From: Desulfatiglandales bacterium | GTDB lineage: Bacteria > Desulfobacterota > DSM-4660 > Desulfatiglandales > HGW-15 | NCBI GenBank assembly: GCA_963667015.2 | Contig: CAXXJJ010000004.1 | Coordinates: forward strand, 32,001-96,000 | Length of the DNA stretch: 64,000 bases | Reading direction: 5' to 3' | Notes under the pieces: model-generated | Told to the model about the DNA's origin: nothing | Seen by the model: only the letters and a program-made list of their open reading frames with translations | Databases searched by the model: none | Made by a program: the position numbers and the translations under genes | Shown here: positions 1-8,822 of the stretch, in pieces | How the letters are laid out: every line of letters starts with the position of its first letter | Numbering within the stretch: the first letter of the stretch is position 1

Positions 1-74
1 AGATTTGATTTGGTAATAATTGATGCCTTTTTTGCTTTACATCATAAACAGGGCAAAACATCAGGAGAACCATC

Positions 75-1079
75 ATGCTGACCCCAAAACAAAACCTGCT
101 GGAAACATTAAAACAAAACGGTAAACCTGACAGACTTGTCAATCAGTACGAGCCGTTCACCCTGATCATGAATGATCCTGTGTACAGGTTTGTGCGCGGA
201 AACAGGATCCGCGGCAAGACTACAAAAGATGTCTGGGGCACCGAGATCGCCTGGCCTGAAGACCAGCATGCCGCCATGCCGCATGTAACCACAGAAAACA
301 AGGTGCTTAAAGATATTACGAAATGCCGGGATTTGAAGGTTCCCGACCTTGCTGCAGCGGCAAAGGAACCGGCCGCGTGGGAAGAAGCTCTCGGTGAAGC
401 TGCTACTGTCAACCGCGACGAAAAACTTGTCATGGGATTTATGGGGACAGGCGTTTTTGAGCAGCTGCATTTTCTAATGGGCTTTGAAGACACTCTGATG
501 AATATGCTGGCAGAGCCTGAGGCGATGATGGATCTGCTCGATATCGTAGGCGAGTATCGTTTTACTTATATGAAGCTGCTTGTGGACAACCTGAAACCTG
601 ATATCATTCTCTCCCACGATGACTGGGGGACTAAAAACAGTATGTTCATGAGCCCTGATACCTGGCGTGAAATGATCAAACCGCAGTACATTAAAATATA
701 CGGCTATGCAAAAGAACATGGTGTTCTAGTCATGCACCACGCCGATTCTTTTATGGAGCCTATAGTTGATGATATGGTGGAACTTGGCATCGATATCTGG
801 CAGGGAGTTTTGCCTCAAAACGATATTGTTAAGCTTCAGGAGCAGCTTCAGGGCAGGATGGTTCTTATGGGCGGCATAGACGCAGCGATCGTAGACCGCA
901 AAGAAACACCTGAGGACATGATCCGGGCAGAGGTAAGACGCGCCTGCACAACATATGGCCCCGGCGGCGGTTTTATCCCCTGTATGACCTATGGCGGCCC
1001 GGGCAGTATCTTCCCCAACGTCAACGAGATAGTCTGCGACGAAATTGACAGGTACAACCAGGAGGTATATGGCAGTTAG
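75..1079 (+). CDS. Uroporphyrinogen decarboxylase family protein (corrinoid methyltransferase MtaA/CmuA-like)
   Basis: 334 aa; HDDWG, HHADS, MGGID and GPGGGFIPC motifs typical of the URO-D/methyltransferase-2 fold; AGGAG RBS upstream. Confidence 0.8.
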   Translation: MLTPKQNLLETLKQNGKPDRLVNQYEPFTLIMNDPVYRFVRGNRIRGKTTKDVWGTEIAWPEDQHAAMPHVTTENKVLKDITKCRDLKVPDLAAAAKEPAAWEEALGEAATVNRDEKLVMGFMGTGVFEQLHFLMGFEDTLMNMLAEPEAMMDLLDIVGEYRFTYMKLLVDNLKPDIILSHDDWGTKNSMFMSPDTWREMIKPQYIKIYGYAKEHGVLVMHHADSFMEPIVDDMVELGIDIWQGVLPQNDIVKLQEQLQGRMVLMGGIDAAIVDRKETPEDMIRAEVRRACTTYGPGGGFIPCMTYGGPGSIFPNVNEIVCDEIDRYNQEVYGS

Positions 1080-1184
1080 GGAAGTTTGACGAAAACCAAT
1101 TATACACCGCAAAAGGTATGCAGGTCGTAGCCGTCATAATCCATCTTTTTAACGAATTTGTTCAAACAGAAATTAAAAAATATT

Positions 1185-1610
1185 ATGAAAAAGCATTGTG
1201 AAAATTGCGGGTCCAGCGTTGAGCATTTCAATTTAGATTATGAAACAGGGTTTATACGTTGTTTTTACTGTAACAATATTTTGCCTGCAGAAATGTTTTT
1301 TAACGACATAACCATAAATAAATTCGTAAAAAAAATCCCGGAATTAAGAAGAGATGAATTTCTGGAAAAACTGGGGTTTGAGAAGAAACCGATAAGTAAA
1401 CGTACCATCATTATTGGTTTTTTTGCAGCACTGATTCCTTTAGCCGTCTCACTGCATAAGATCTTTAAAAAAAGGGAAAATCCGGCAGACCTTTTCTTTG
1501 CAGCACTGCCGTTATTGATAGTGCTGATTCCGGCTGTCAAGATCCTTTTGGATGGAACAGACCAAAAATATGTTAAAAAAGATAAAGGTATTATAAGCGA
1601 TTCCCGGTAA
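1185..1610 (+). CDS. Hypothetical membrane protein with N-terminal zinc ribbon
   Basis: CENC...CFYC pair then two hydrophobic segments; ATG at 1185 preferred over TTG at 1158. Confidence 0.6.
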   Translation: MKKHCENCGSSVEHFNLDYETGFIRCFYCNNILPAEMFFNDITINKFVKKIPELRRDEFLEKLGFEKKPISKRTIIIGFFAALIPLAVSLHKIFKKRENPADLFFAALPLLIVLIPAVKILLDGTDQKYVKKDKGIISDSR

Positions 1611-1898
1611 TGTTAAATATCAGCCTGTTTCTTTGTAAAAAAGGGGAGAGCCGCCTTTAAAATAATGAGAGCAAATGGAAAAACTGCATCGTTTTATATT
1701 GAATATGTGGCAAGCTATGCTAAATTTGGCATCGATATTTATAACATGATCTTACTTTAATATTTTTATCTAAATCAATTTAAATCTAACCTTATTTTAA
1801 TTATAATAATGTTGAATCTCCATTGCTGAATAAAAAAGATATTAAAAGTTTTGCCAAAAGATTAATTCAGTCTTTTTTTATCTATAAGGAGATGCATC

Positions 1899-2150
1899 AT
1901 GGATATGACAATTCTGTTTTATTTTTTAATCGGCGCAGCGATAGTTTTTGCATTTGCAGTCAATTATTTTAACCAGCCGGGTTATAAGTCTGCAGACGAT
2001 CAGACAGATATTAAAGTATCCGATAGTGAAGGGCGTTCGGCCATAGGGAATATCATAAGGGTCAGAAGGAATTATCTTCACATTCATTTTCCCGATAAGA
2101 AGGCGTGGGGCCTGGTGCAGAATAATCTCGAAATTCCCGCCTATGCCTGA
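1899..2150 (+). CDS. Small hypothetical membrane protein
   Basis: AGGAG RBS, single N-terminal hydrophobic helix, 83 aa. Confidence 0.5.
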   Translation: MDMTILFYFLIGAAIVFAFAVNYFNQPGYKSADDQTDIKVSDSEGRSAIGNIIRVRRNYLHIHFPDKKAWGLVQNNLEIPAYA

Positions 2151-2448
2151 TAAAAATTTAGTGTCGCATTTTATTTTCAAAAAGGAGTTTGCAGCTATTC
2201 CTGTATGCCCTTTATATGAATAGGAAACTCATTAGTGCATCCTTTTTATTATGGATGGGCACTATAAATCAAAGCAATGGGATAGTGTCTTGAATCTTGA
2301 ATATAGCGGAAATAAAAATATTGTTGACCATGTTGATAAACATTGTCTACACTCCTCAAACAACATTCCAAATTCCAATAAAAATATGGCTGAGACTTGC
2401 TGCACAACTTTGCAGCTGAAATAATTTGATTGTAAGGGGTAAATCGGG

Positions 2449-2667
2449 ATGCTTAAACACTGCAAAACTATTGATCACCAATGGTATGTTTTTGATAAAA
2501 CAACCGAGGATAGATGCTTACTGCTGGAGTGTCATAAATGCAGAGCATATGGCATTGTTACGGATCCAAATAAACAGGAATGGAGAGATGCTGACAATGC
2601 ATCGTTAAATCCATATTTGTGGGAGGAGGGTAATTCAAGAGTTGTGATATGGCCGCCCGGTAATTAA
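2449..2667 (+). CDS. Small hypothetical protein (possible metal binding: C..H..CHKC)
   Basis: 72 aa, protein-like composition, CxxC motif. Confidence 0.45.
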   Translation: MLKHCKTIDHQWYVFDKTTEDRCLLLECHKCRAYGIVTDPNKQEWRDADNASLNPYLWEEGNSRVVIWPPGN

Positions 2668-2707
2668 AAAAATACGCAAGGCCGAAGAGGGATTCCCGGC
2701 CTTGCGT
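2666..2707 (-). terminator. Intrinsic terminator, oriented on the minus strand
   Basis: 11-bp stem ACGCAAGGCCG (2674-2684)/CGGCCTTGCGT (2697-2707) with A7 at 2666-2672 (U-tail on minus). Confidence 0.75.
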
Positions 2708-2745
2708 GGTTAAACTGACTTGATCTGTTAGATCCAAGCTTTGGT
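2666..2745 (-). ncRNA. Candidate ~80-nt small RNA
   Basis: ORF-free interval between a minus-strand sigma70 promoter and a terminator; internal hairpin CTTGGATCT-AAC-AGATCAAG. Confidence 0.45.
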
Positions 2746-2751
2746 AGGTGA

Positions 2752-2780
2752 AGAGTAACCTACAAGTGTAATTTTGTCAA
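2752..2780 (-). promoter_or_regulatory. Sigma70-type promoter
   Basis: Minus strand TTGACA (2780-2775), 17-nt spacer, TACTCT (2757-2752). Confidence 0.55.
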
Positions 2781-3039
2781 CATTGATTTATTGAGAAATT
2801 GTAAAAAAATGTAAAAAATAGCCAAATAAATCATAAATTAAATGAAATTAGCCGTAGAATACAAAAAAAGCTTATTAAATCAGGCATTTAATATCAAAGA
2901 TATATATCATATTTATTTAATTTGAAGGTCTGCTATACTAAGAAATCGGCATCATAAATAATAGAAGTCCTGGTGGAATTATTAAGACTCAGAAGCGCTT
3001 TTGCATACTTGTGGTTCCAGTTATTATTGAGAGGAAATT

Positions 3040-4857
3040 ATGCCCAAAAATGTTGATGTGATGAAATGTATTCGTGAAGAACAACTCACCCGGTTAATAC
3101 AAAGCCTTGTTTTCCTTGGCGCTGCCCTGCTTGTTGCATCATTTTTAAGGATATTTATCGTGGGCAGGTATGACCTGATGTACCTTCATATATTGTCATA
3201 TCTTGCAATTGCCGGAATAGCTGTTTTCAGGAAATACATACCGCATAATTTAAAGACTGTTTTTTTAATCAGCATCGTATTTATTGTATCACTGGGCGGA
3301 TTATCCGTTTTTGGACTTGTCGGCCACGGGGTAGGCGGTCTTTTAATATTATGTGTTCTCAGTACCATATTTTTTGGCACAAGGGGTGGAATTGCAGCCG
3401 TTATTGTCAGCGCTGTCTCAATTTCGCTTATTGGAGCCGCGTTCGTTAACAGGTATATCACCTTTAAATTTAACGTTGTGGAATATCTAAGTTCACCAGG
3501 TGCCTGGGCTACCTGTGTTATTGGAATGATAATTCTTTCGGGACTCGTGGTTTCACTCATCTCAACAATAAACAACCAGCTGGTTAAGCTTGTACAGGAT
3601 CTTAATAAACAGAATGCAGAACTCAAAGAGGCAAACAAAAAGCTTGAGCATGCCATAGAGGAACAAAAGAGATTAAAAACCGGACTTGAACAGGCGCAGA
3701 AAATGGAACTTGTCGGAACGATTGCCGGCGGAGTAGTACATGATCTGAATAACGTTCTTGCAGCCTCAATAAACTATCCGGAGCTTCTTCTATTGAAGAT
3801 CCCGGAGGACAGCCCACTAAGAAAACCTCTTAATACTATAAAAAAATCAGGACTTAAGGCAGCTGCAATTGTCCAGGATCTTCTTACGCTTTCAAGAAGG
3901 AGGGTTGCCAACAGGCAGGTGCTTAATCTTAATGATATTGTTATGGAATGTATTGCGGGTCCGGAGGTTGAAAGAATACTTACGTTTCATCCCGGGACAA
4001 AAATCGAAATGGATCTTGAAGAATCCCTGCGTAATGTTGATGGTTATCCGTTACATCTTTCCAAAACACTGGCAAACCTTATTTCCAACGCAGCTGAGTC
4101 AATGTCTGAAGGTGGAAATATAAAATTAAAAACCTCAAATATTAGAATAACCGAAGAAAACAATATTCATAAAGAACTGGCCACAGGTGAATACACTCTA
4201 TTGACAGTGACTGACAATGGAGAAGGAATCAGGGAAGAGGATCAGGATAAAATATTTGAGCCTTTTTATACAAAGAAAGAGATGGGAAGGAGCGGAACCG
4301 GTCTGGGGATGACAGTGGTCTGGAATACCGTTAAAGATCATGACGGGTATATTTTTCTGGATAGTAAAAAGGGAATGGGGACAACTTTTTATCTGTATTT
4401 TCCAAAAACAGACAAGCCGCTGCCTGTTATAAATGAAAAATCGGAGATCTCCAGCCTTCCCGGTAAAGGAGAATCTATACTTATTGTTGATGATGTTAAA
4501 GAACAGAGAGAGATAGCATCATCCATACTGTCAACTCTTGGCTATAAGGTAAATACAAAAAGAAATGGCAAAGAGGCGCTTGAATTTTTAGAAAAACACC
4601 CCTCAGACCTGGTAATTATTGATATGGTTATGCCAAAGGAATTGGATGGACTTGATACCTACAAAAAAATTCTGGATATCAGACCTGATCAAAAGGCAAT
4701 AATAATAAGCGGCTTCTCAGAAACAGAACGCATAAAGGAAGCACTGGAGCTGGGTGCAGGAGCCTACCTGAAAAAGCCTTATCTGATGGAAACAATAGCC
4801 CATGCCGTAAGGGAGGAACTGGATAAAGGTTTATCAGAAAAGACTGCTTACAACTAA
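3040..4857 (+). CDS. Membrane-bound hybrid sensor histidine kinase (HisKA-HATPase-REC)
   Basis: Multiple TM helices, coiled coil, H-box GGVVHDLNN, N box LISNAAE, DNGEG, FEPFYT, GTGLG, C-terminal receiver (IVDD...IIDMVMP...KKP). Confidence 0.93.
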   Translation: MPKNVDVMKCIREEQLTRLIQSLVFLGAALLVASFLRIFIVGRYDLMYLHILSYLAIAGIAVFRKYIPHNLKTVFLISIVFIVSLGGLSVFGLVGHGVGGLLILCVLSTIFFGTRGGIAAVIVSAVSISLIGAAFVNRYITFKFNVVEYLSSPGAWATCVIGMIILSGLVVSLISTINNQLVKLVQDLNKQNAELKEANKKLEHAIEEQKRLKTGLEQAQKMELVGTIAGGVVHDLNNVLAASINYPELLLLKIPEDSPLRKPLNTIKKSGLKAAAIVQDLLTLSRRRVANRQVLNLNDIVMECIAGPEVERILTFHPGTKIEMDLEESLRNVDGYPLHLSKTLANLISNAAESMSEGGNIKLKTSNIRITEENNIHKELATGEYTLLTVTDNGEGIREEDQDKIFEPFYTKKEMGRSGTGLGMTVVWNTVKDHDGYIFLDSKKGMGTTFYLYFPKTDKPLPVINEKSEISSLPGKGESILIVDDVKEQREIASSILSTLGYKVNTKRNGKEALEFLEKHPSDLVIIDMVMPKELDGLDTYKKILDIRPDQKAIIISGFSETERIKEALELGAGAYLKKPYLMETIAHAVREELDKGLSEKTAYN

Positions 4858-4895
4858 TTTCCATCCTTTAAAACCTTTTTAAGAAAAGACAGCTT

Positions 4896-6152
4896 ATGGA
4901 ACCTTTAATTAAAAATGATGCCATTGTTTTAGGCGTGCTGATATGTGTTTTGGCCGTAATCTTTGTTACCTCTTCAAGCCCTAAACCATACCTGAAAAAA
5001 TTCTACACCTATGTTCCGCCGCTGTTACTTTGCTATTTTTCTCCTGGACTGCTTAACTGGCCCCTGGGACTTATTTCCGGTGAAGAATCAAAACTGTATT
5101 TTGTAGCCTCTCGATATTTACTGCCTGCCAGTCTTGTGCTTTTCTGCATCAGCATTGACCTGAAAGGGATATTAAACCTTGGCCCAAAGGCAGTAGTCAT
5201 GTTTTTTACTGCAACTGCCGGAATCATTATTGGTGGCCCGATTGCATTGTGGATATCGGGTATTTTCTTCCCTGAGATAACACACGCACCTCCGGGCAAT
5301 GAGATCTGGCGGGGATTATCCACCATAGCCGGAAGCTGGATTGGAGGCGGTGCCAACCAGACCGCCATGAAGGAAATTTATCAGTGCAAAGAAGGCCTGT
5401 TTTCGACCATGATTATTATTGATGTGGTTGTCGCCAATATCTGGATGGGATTTTTGCTTTACGGTGCGGGACGTTATCATGAAATAGATAAAAAATTGAA
5501 GGCCGACAATTCGGCCATTGAAGAACTGAAAAGACGAATAGAGAACTACCGGGCAAGCATCGCAAGGATTCCATCAACAACGGATCTATTTGTTATTCTT
5601 GCCATTGCCTTTGGCGCGACAGCCATAGCCCATTTAGGGGCGGATATTATCTCTCCATTCATGGAAAGTAAAATAGCGGTCCTGGAAAGGTACAACCTTA
5701 ACTCCCTGGCCTCTCACTTTTTCTGGCTTATTGTGGTTGCAACAACCATAGGGCTGGTCGTATCATTTACCAGCCTGAAAAGATACGAAGGGGCAGGCGC
5801 CTCCAAATTCGGAAGTGTTTTTATCTATATCCTGGTAGCCACCATTGGTATGAAAATGAACCTGCTCGAGGCATTTCAAAACATGCATTATTTTGTTATC
5901 GGGCTGATCTGGATGCTGGTTCATGTGAGTCTTTTACTATTTGTTGCAAAATTGATTAAAGCCCCCTTTTTCTTTGTTGCCGTGGGCAGCCAGGCAAATG
6001 TCGGAGGGGCGGCTTCCGCGCCCATTGTGGCTTCTGCATTCAGTACAGCCCTGGCGCCAGTTGGCGTATTGCTGGCAGTGCTTGGCTATGCTCTAGGGAC
6101 CTATGGGGCAATTATATGTGCACAATTGATGATGCTGGTATCCCCGAATTAA
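4896..6152 (+). CDS. DUF819-like multi-pass membrane protein
   Basis: 418 aa, highly hydrophobic; GSWIGGGANQ and SQANVGGAASAP motifs. Confidence 0.75.
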   Translation: MEPLIKNDAIVLGVLICVLAVIFVTSSSPKPYLKKFYTYVPPLLLCYFSPGLLNWPLGLISGEESKLYFVASRYLLPASLVLFCISIDLKGILNLGPKAVVMFFTATAGIIIGGPIALWISGIFFPEITHAPPGNEIWRGLSTIAGSWIGGGANQTAMKEIYQCKEGLFSTMIIIDVVVANIWMGFLLYGAGRYHEIDKKLKADNSAIEELKRRIENYRASIARIPSTTDLFVILAIAFGATAIAHLGADIISPFMESKIAVLERYNLNSLASHFFWLIVVATTIGLVVSFTSLKRYEGAGASKFGSVFIYILVATIGMKMNLLEAFQNMHYFVIGLIWMLVHVSLLLFVAKLIKAPFFFVAVGSQANVGGAASAPIVASAFSTALAPVGVLLAVLGYALGTYGAIICAQLMMLVSPN

Positions 6153-6320
6153 AATAGCGAAGGACGGGAAAATTAAAATCAACCTCCGGTTTTTTGTTTA
6201 AATTTGATATGTTGGTTTTCATGTTGAAACCTTAAAAACATTATAAATATAACTGATACATATCTTATTCCTTCGGACAAAAGGGCTGGAAGAAAACTAT
6301 CCTGATTTGTGCATTGATAG

Positions 6321-6671
6321 AGGGATTACAGGATCGCCACACGGGCGGCATTTAAGGCATTAAAAAAGAAGAGACGTTTTAAGGAAACCTCACTTGAAGA
6401 ACTTGGCGAACGGGAAAAACTTCTACATGATGCAGAATCTCAGATCATTTTAAAAGAGACTCTTGAATCCGTCTCATCGGTAATCAGTGATTTATCGCCT
6501 GCCAGCAGATCAGTCCTTTCACTGCATTTCCTGGAGGAAATGTCCCTCAAAGAAATTTCGAGCCTTGTTGATATCCCTGTAGGAACGGTTAAATCGCGAT
6601 TATCCTATGGAATCTTTAAATTAAGAGCAAAGATGAAAAAAGAGAGTAAGTCATCTTTTGTTAATGGATGA
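6321..6671 (+). pseudogene. 5'-truncated ECF sigma factor remnant
   Basis: Frame absent from the ORF track reads YRIATRAAFKALKK...LSPASRSVLSLHFLEEMSLKEISSLVDIPVGTVKSRLSYG (end of region 2 plus region 4); in-frame TAG at 6318-6320 and no start codon before region 4. Confidence 0.75.
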
Positions 6672-6679
6672 ACCTGCTT

Positions 6680-7251
6680 CTATTCGATCTTAAAACCAGA
6701 AAGGATCTCTCCTGCCCTGGCCATATTCTTTCGACAGGTGGCATCATCAATATCGGCATTTCCTGTAAGATCCTGCAATTGTTTAACCTTCGCCCTCAAC
6801 GATACCTTTAAATTATCAACTTCCTTTGCGAGATGCTTAAATTCATCCTTTTTACGCAAACGGACCTCACCGCTGATATCACCCTCCGACATCTCGCGAA
6901 TTATCCTGCGCAGTCTGAAAATGGGACCGGCCATACGATGGGAGGCAATCATTACATAGAAAAAAAGAAATACAAGCATTATACCCACGGAAACAGCCAT
7001 AGTCGGCCAGAGCAGCTTAATAGTGAAGTGGGTTGTGGAGGCGAAGAGAGCGATGTGGGATCAGGTGCAAAAGGATCCGGCTGTGTCAACATCGTAACCT
7101 CAACATCGCCATGAAGGTGATGTACCATTGCTAGGAAAAACAGAGACATGACAATAATAACAACACCCACCAGGCATGATTTAAATATCATTCTGTACTG
7201 AAAACCAGGATCAATAATGTAGATTCTTCTTTTGTATTTCTTCTTTGCCAT
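6680..7251 (-). pseudogene. Two-TM HAMP-domain membrane protein split by one frameshift (pseudogene or sequencing error)
   Basis: ORF 6979-7251 (KRRIYIIDPGFQYR + TM) and ORF 6680-7000 (TM + SHRMAGPIFRL...VRLRKKDEF HAMP) join by a frame change near 7015-7022. Confidence 0.7.
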
Positions 7252-7593
7252 TTCGCGGTAATTCCTTTTGTTTTAATTTTAATCTGTATTAAATATCATA
7301 TCCTGAAAGGTTCCACCTTAAGTCCGTTGAAGAATCATCTTTATTCGGATCAACCGAAATGTTCAGAATGACGGATTAAAAACAGTCAGATGTCACTCAA
7401 CGATAAAAGATATCTGTTCTTTTTATCGGATTCAAAAAGAAATACATTAAAAAAGTTTTAATTTTATTTTAAGATATACCGGTAACCAGGAGCCAAATGC
7501 CGATAAATAAAAAAGGAAATATTATATAAAAATATGGGGTAAATTCCTGACAGTATTTACAGCCTCTTTAAACTCGTCATCACGTATCAATAA

Positions 7594-7980
7594 TCATTGT
7601 AACAGTATCATAAATATAATGATTATAAACATAACAAGCACAGCAAGTGTTATCAGCTTATAGCCGTCAAAGGAGATTTTGGGTTTATGTTTAATACGCT
7701 GTTCTTCAAGCCTGGCTGTAAAATCCTCTCGACCCAGATTATAGGCGGCCGCATACAATGGATGAGTTTCTTCCGCAAGACCTGAATCCTTATTTCCATT
7801 TATCACGGCATCACATCCTGCATGGACACCGGACTCAAAAATTTCCTGAAGATGGGTGGCTTTTGTCTTCTTTATACGCAGCTTATTGCAGATGAAGTCA
7901 ACCTGGGTCCGGGCATCATTTCCGGTTCGCATTAATTTTAACAGGTCTGTTGCTATTTTTACTGATTCTTTCTCATTCAT
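7594..7980 (-). CDS. Hypothetical protein with C-terminal TM anchor
   Basis: 128 aa, hydrophilic body, terminal hydrophobic helix. Confidence 0.6.
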   Translation of the reverse strand: MNEKESVKIATDLLKLMRTGNDARTQVDFICNKLRIKKTKATHLQEIFESGVHAGCDAVINGNKDSGLAEETHPLYAAAYNLGREDFTARLEEQRIKHKPKISFDGYKLITLAVLVMFIIIIFMILLQ

Positions 7981-8214
7981 TTTTATTAACCCACTGTGTC
8001 TGATCTGTAAGAAAATAACTATTTCATATTATATTTATCTTTTTAAAGCCTGCCATAAGGATCTTATATACCCTTCGGTAAAGCTTGACACAATCACAAT
8101 ATTTTTTCTATGTTTTAATAATTCTATACAGGCAGACCCCAATTTAGACATTAATCATAACTGTTTTTTTATTTTTTAAGCAAGATAGATCTGAAGCCGC
8201 AGCGGAGTGGAAAT

Positions 8215-8817
8215 ATGAAATGGAGAGTTATTCGTCTGGTAATATGGGGAATCATCCTTGGTGTAACAGAGTACTTATATTTTAATCCTGACCTTTCTTA
8301 CCTTGGATTTTACTTTCTCCTGGGAACAAATATCGTATATGTAATTTTTTTACAGATAAAAAGGTTTGTGGATCTGTTCCGCAAAAATCAGAAATCCTTT
8401 TTTAAAAAAATGTTCAGCCTCTCAGCCCTGGAACACCTTTTCTGGACCTTTATTGTATTCTTAACTATCCTGCTCGCCTTTGGCTTTCCTTATATTGATG
8501 ATGCTTTCCTGGGCGTTGACATTGATCTTATAGCAATATTTCCAGGTCTTGAATATTATGAAAGCGTTGCAAATGATTTTCTTCTATACGTCAATGCAGG
8601 TTATTTCCTTTTACTGTTAATCATAATATTTTCGGGTATTGTGCTGAAAGATAAAAAACATGAGAAGCCGGAACAGCATGATAATTTAAAGGAGACAGTT
8701 CAAAATCCACAGAAGCAGCCCTCACACTGTTCATCATGCAAGGCAGCCCTGGAGCCGGGAGACCGGTTCTGCCCCATGTGCGGCAGTAAAATATTTTTCA
8801 GTGTCAACGGGGGGTAA
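8215..8817 (+). CDS. Membrane protein with C-terminal zinc ribbon
   Basis: ~4 TM helices; CSSC...DRFCPMCG; GGAG RBS. Confidence 0.75.
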   Translation: MKWRVIRLVIWGIILGVTEYLYFNPDLSYLGFYFLLGTNIVYVIFLQIKRFVDLFRKNQKSFFKKMFSLSALEHLFWTFIVFLTILLAFGFPYIDDAFLGVDIDLIAIFPGLEYYESVANDFLLYVNAGYFLLLLIIIFSGIVLKDKKHEKPEQHDNLKETVQNPQKQPSHCSSCKAALEPGDRFCPMCGSKIFFSVNGG

Positions 8818-8822
8818 TCCGC

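Noticed and set aside
2251..2424. 57-codon plus-strand ORF MDGHYKSKQW...
   Set aside because: No RBS and no recognisable motif in AT-rich DNA
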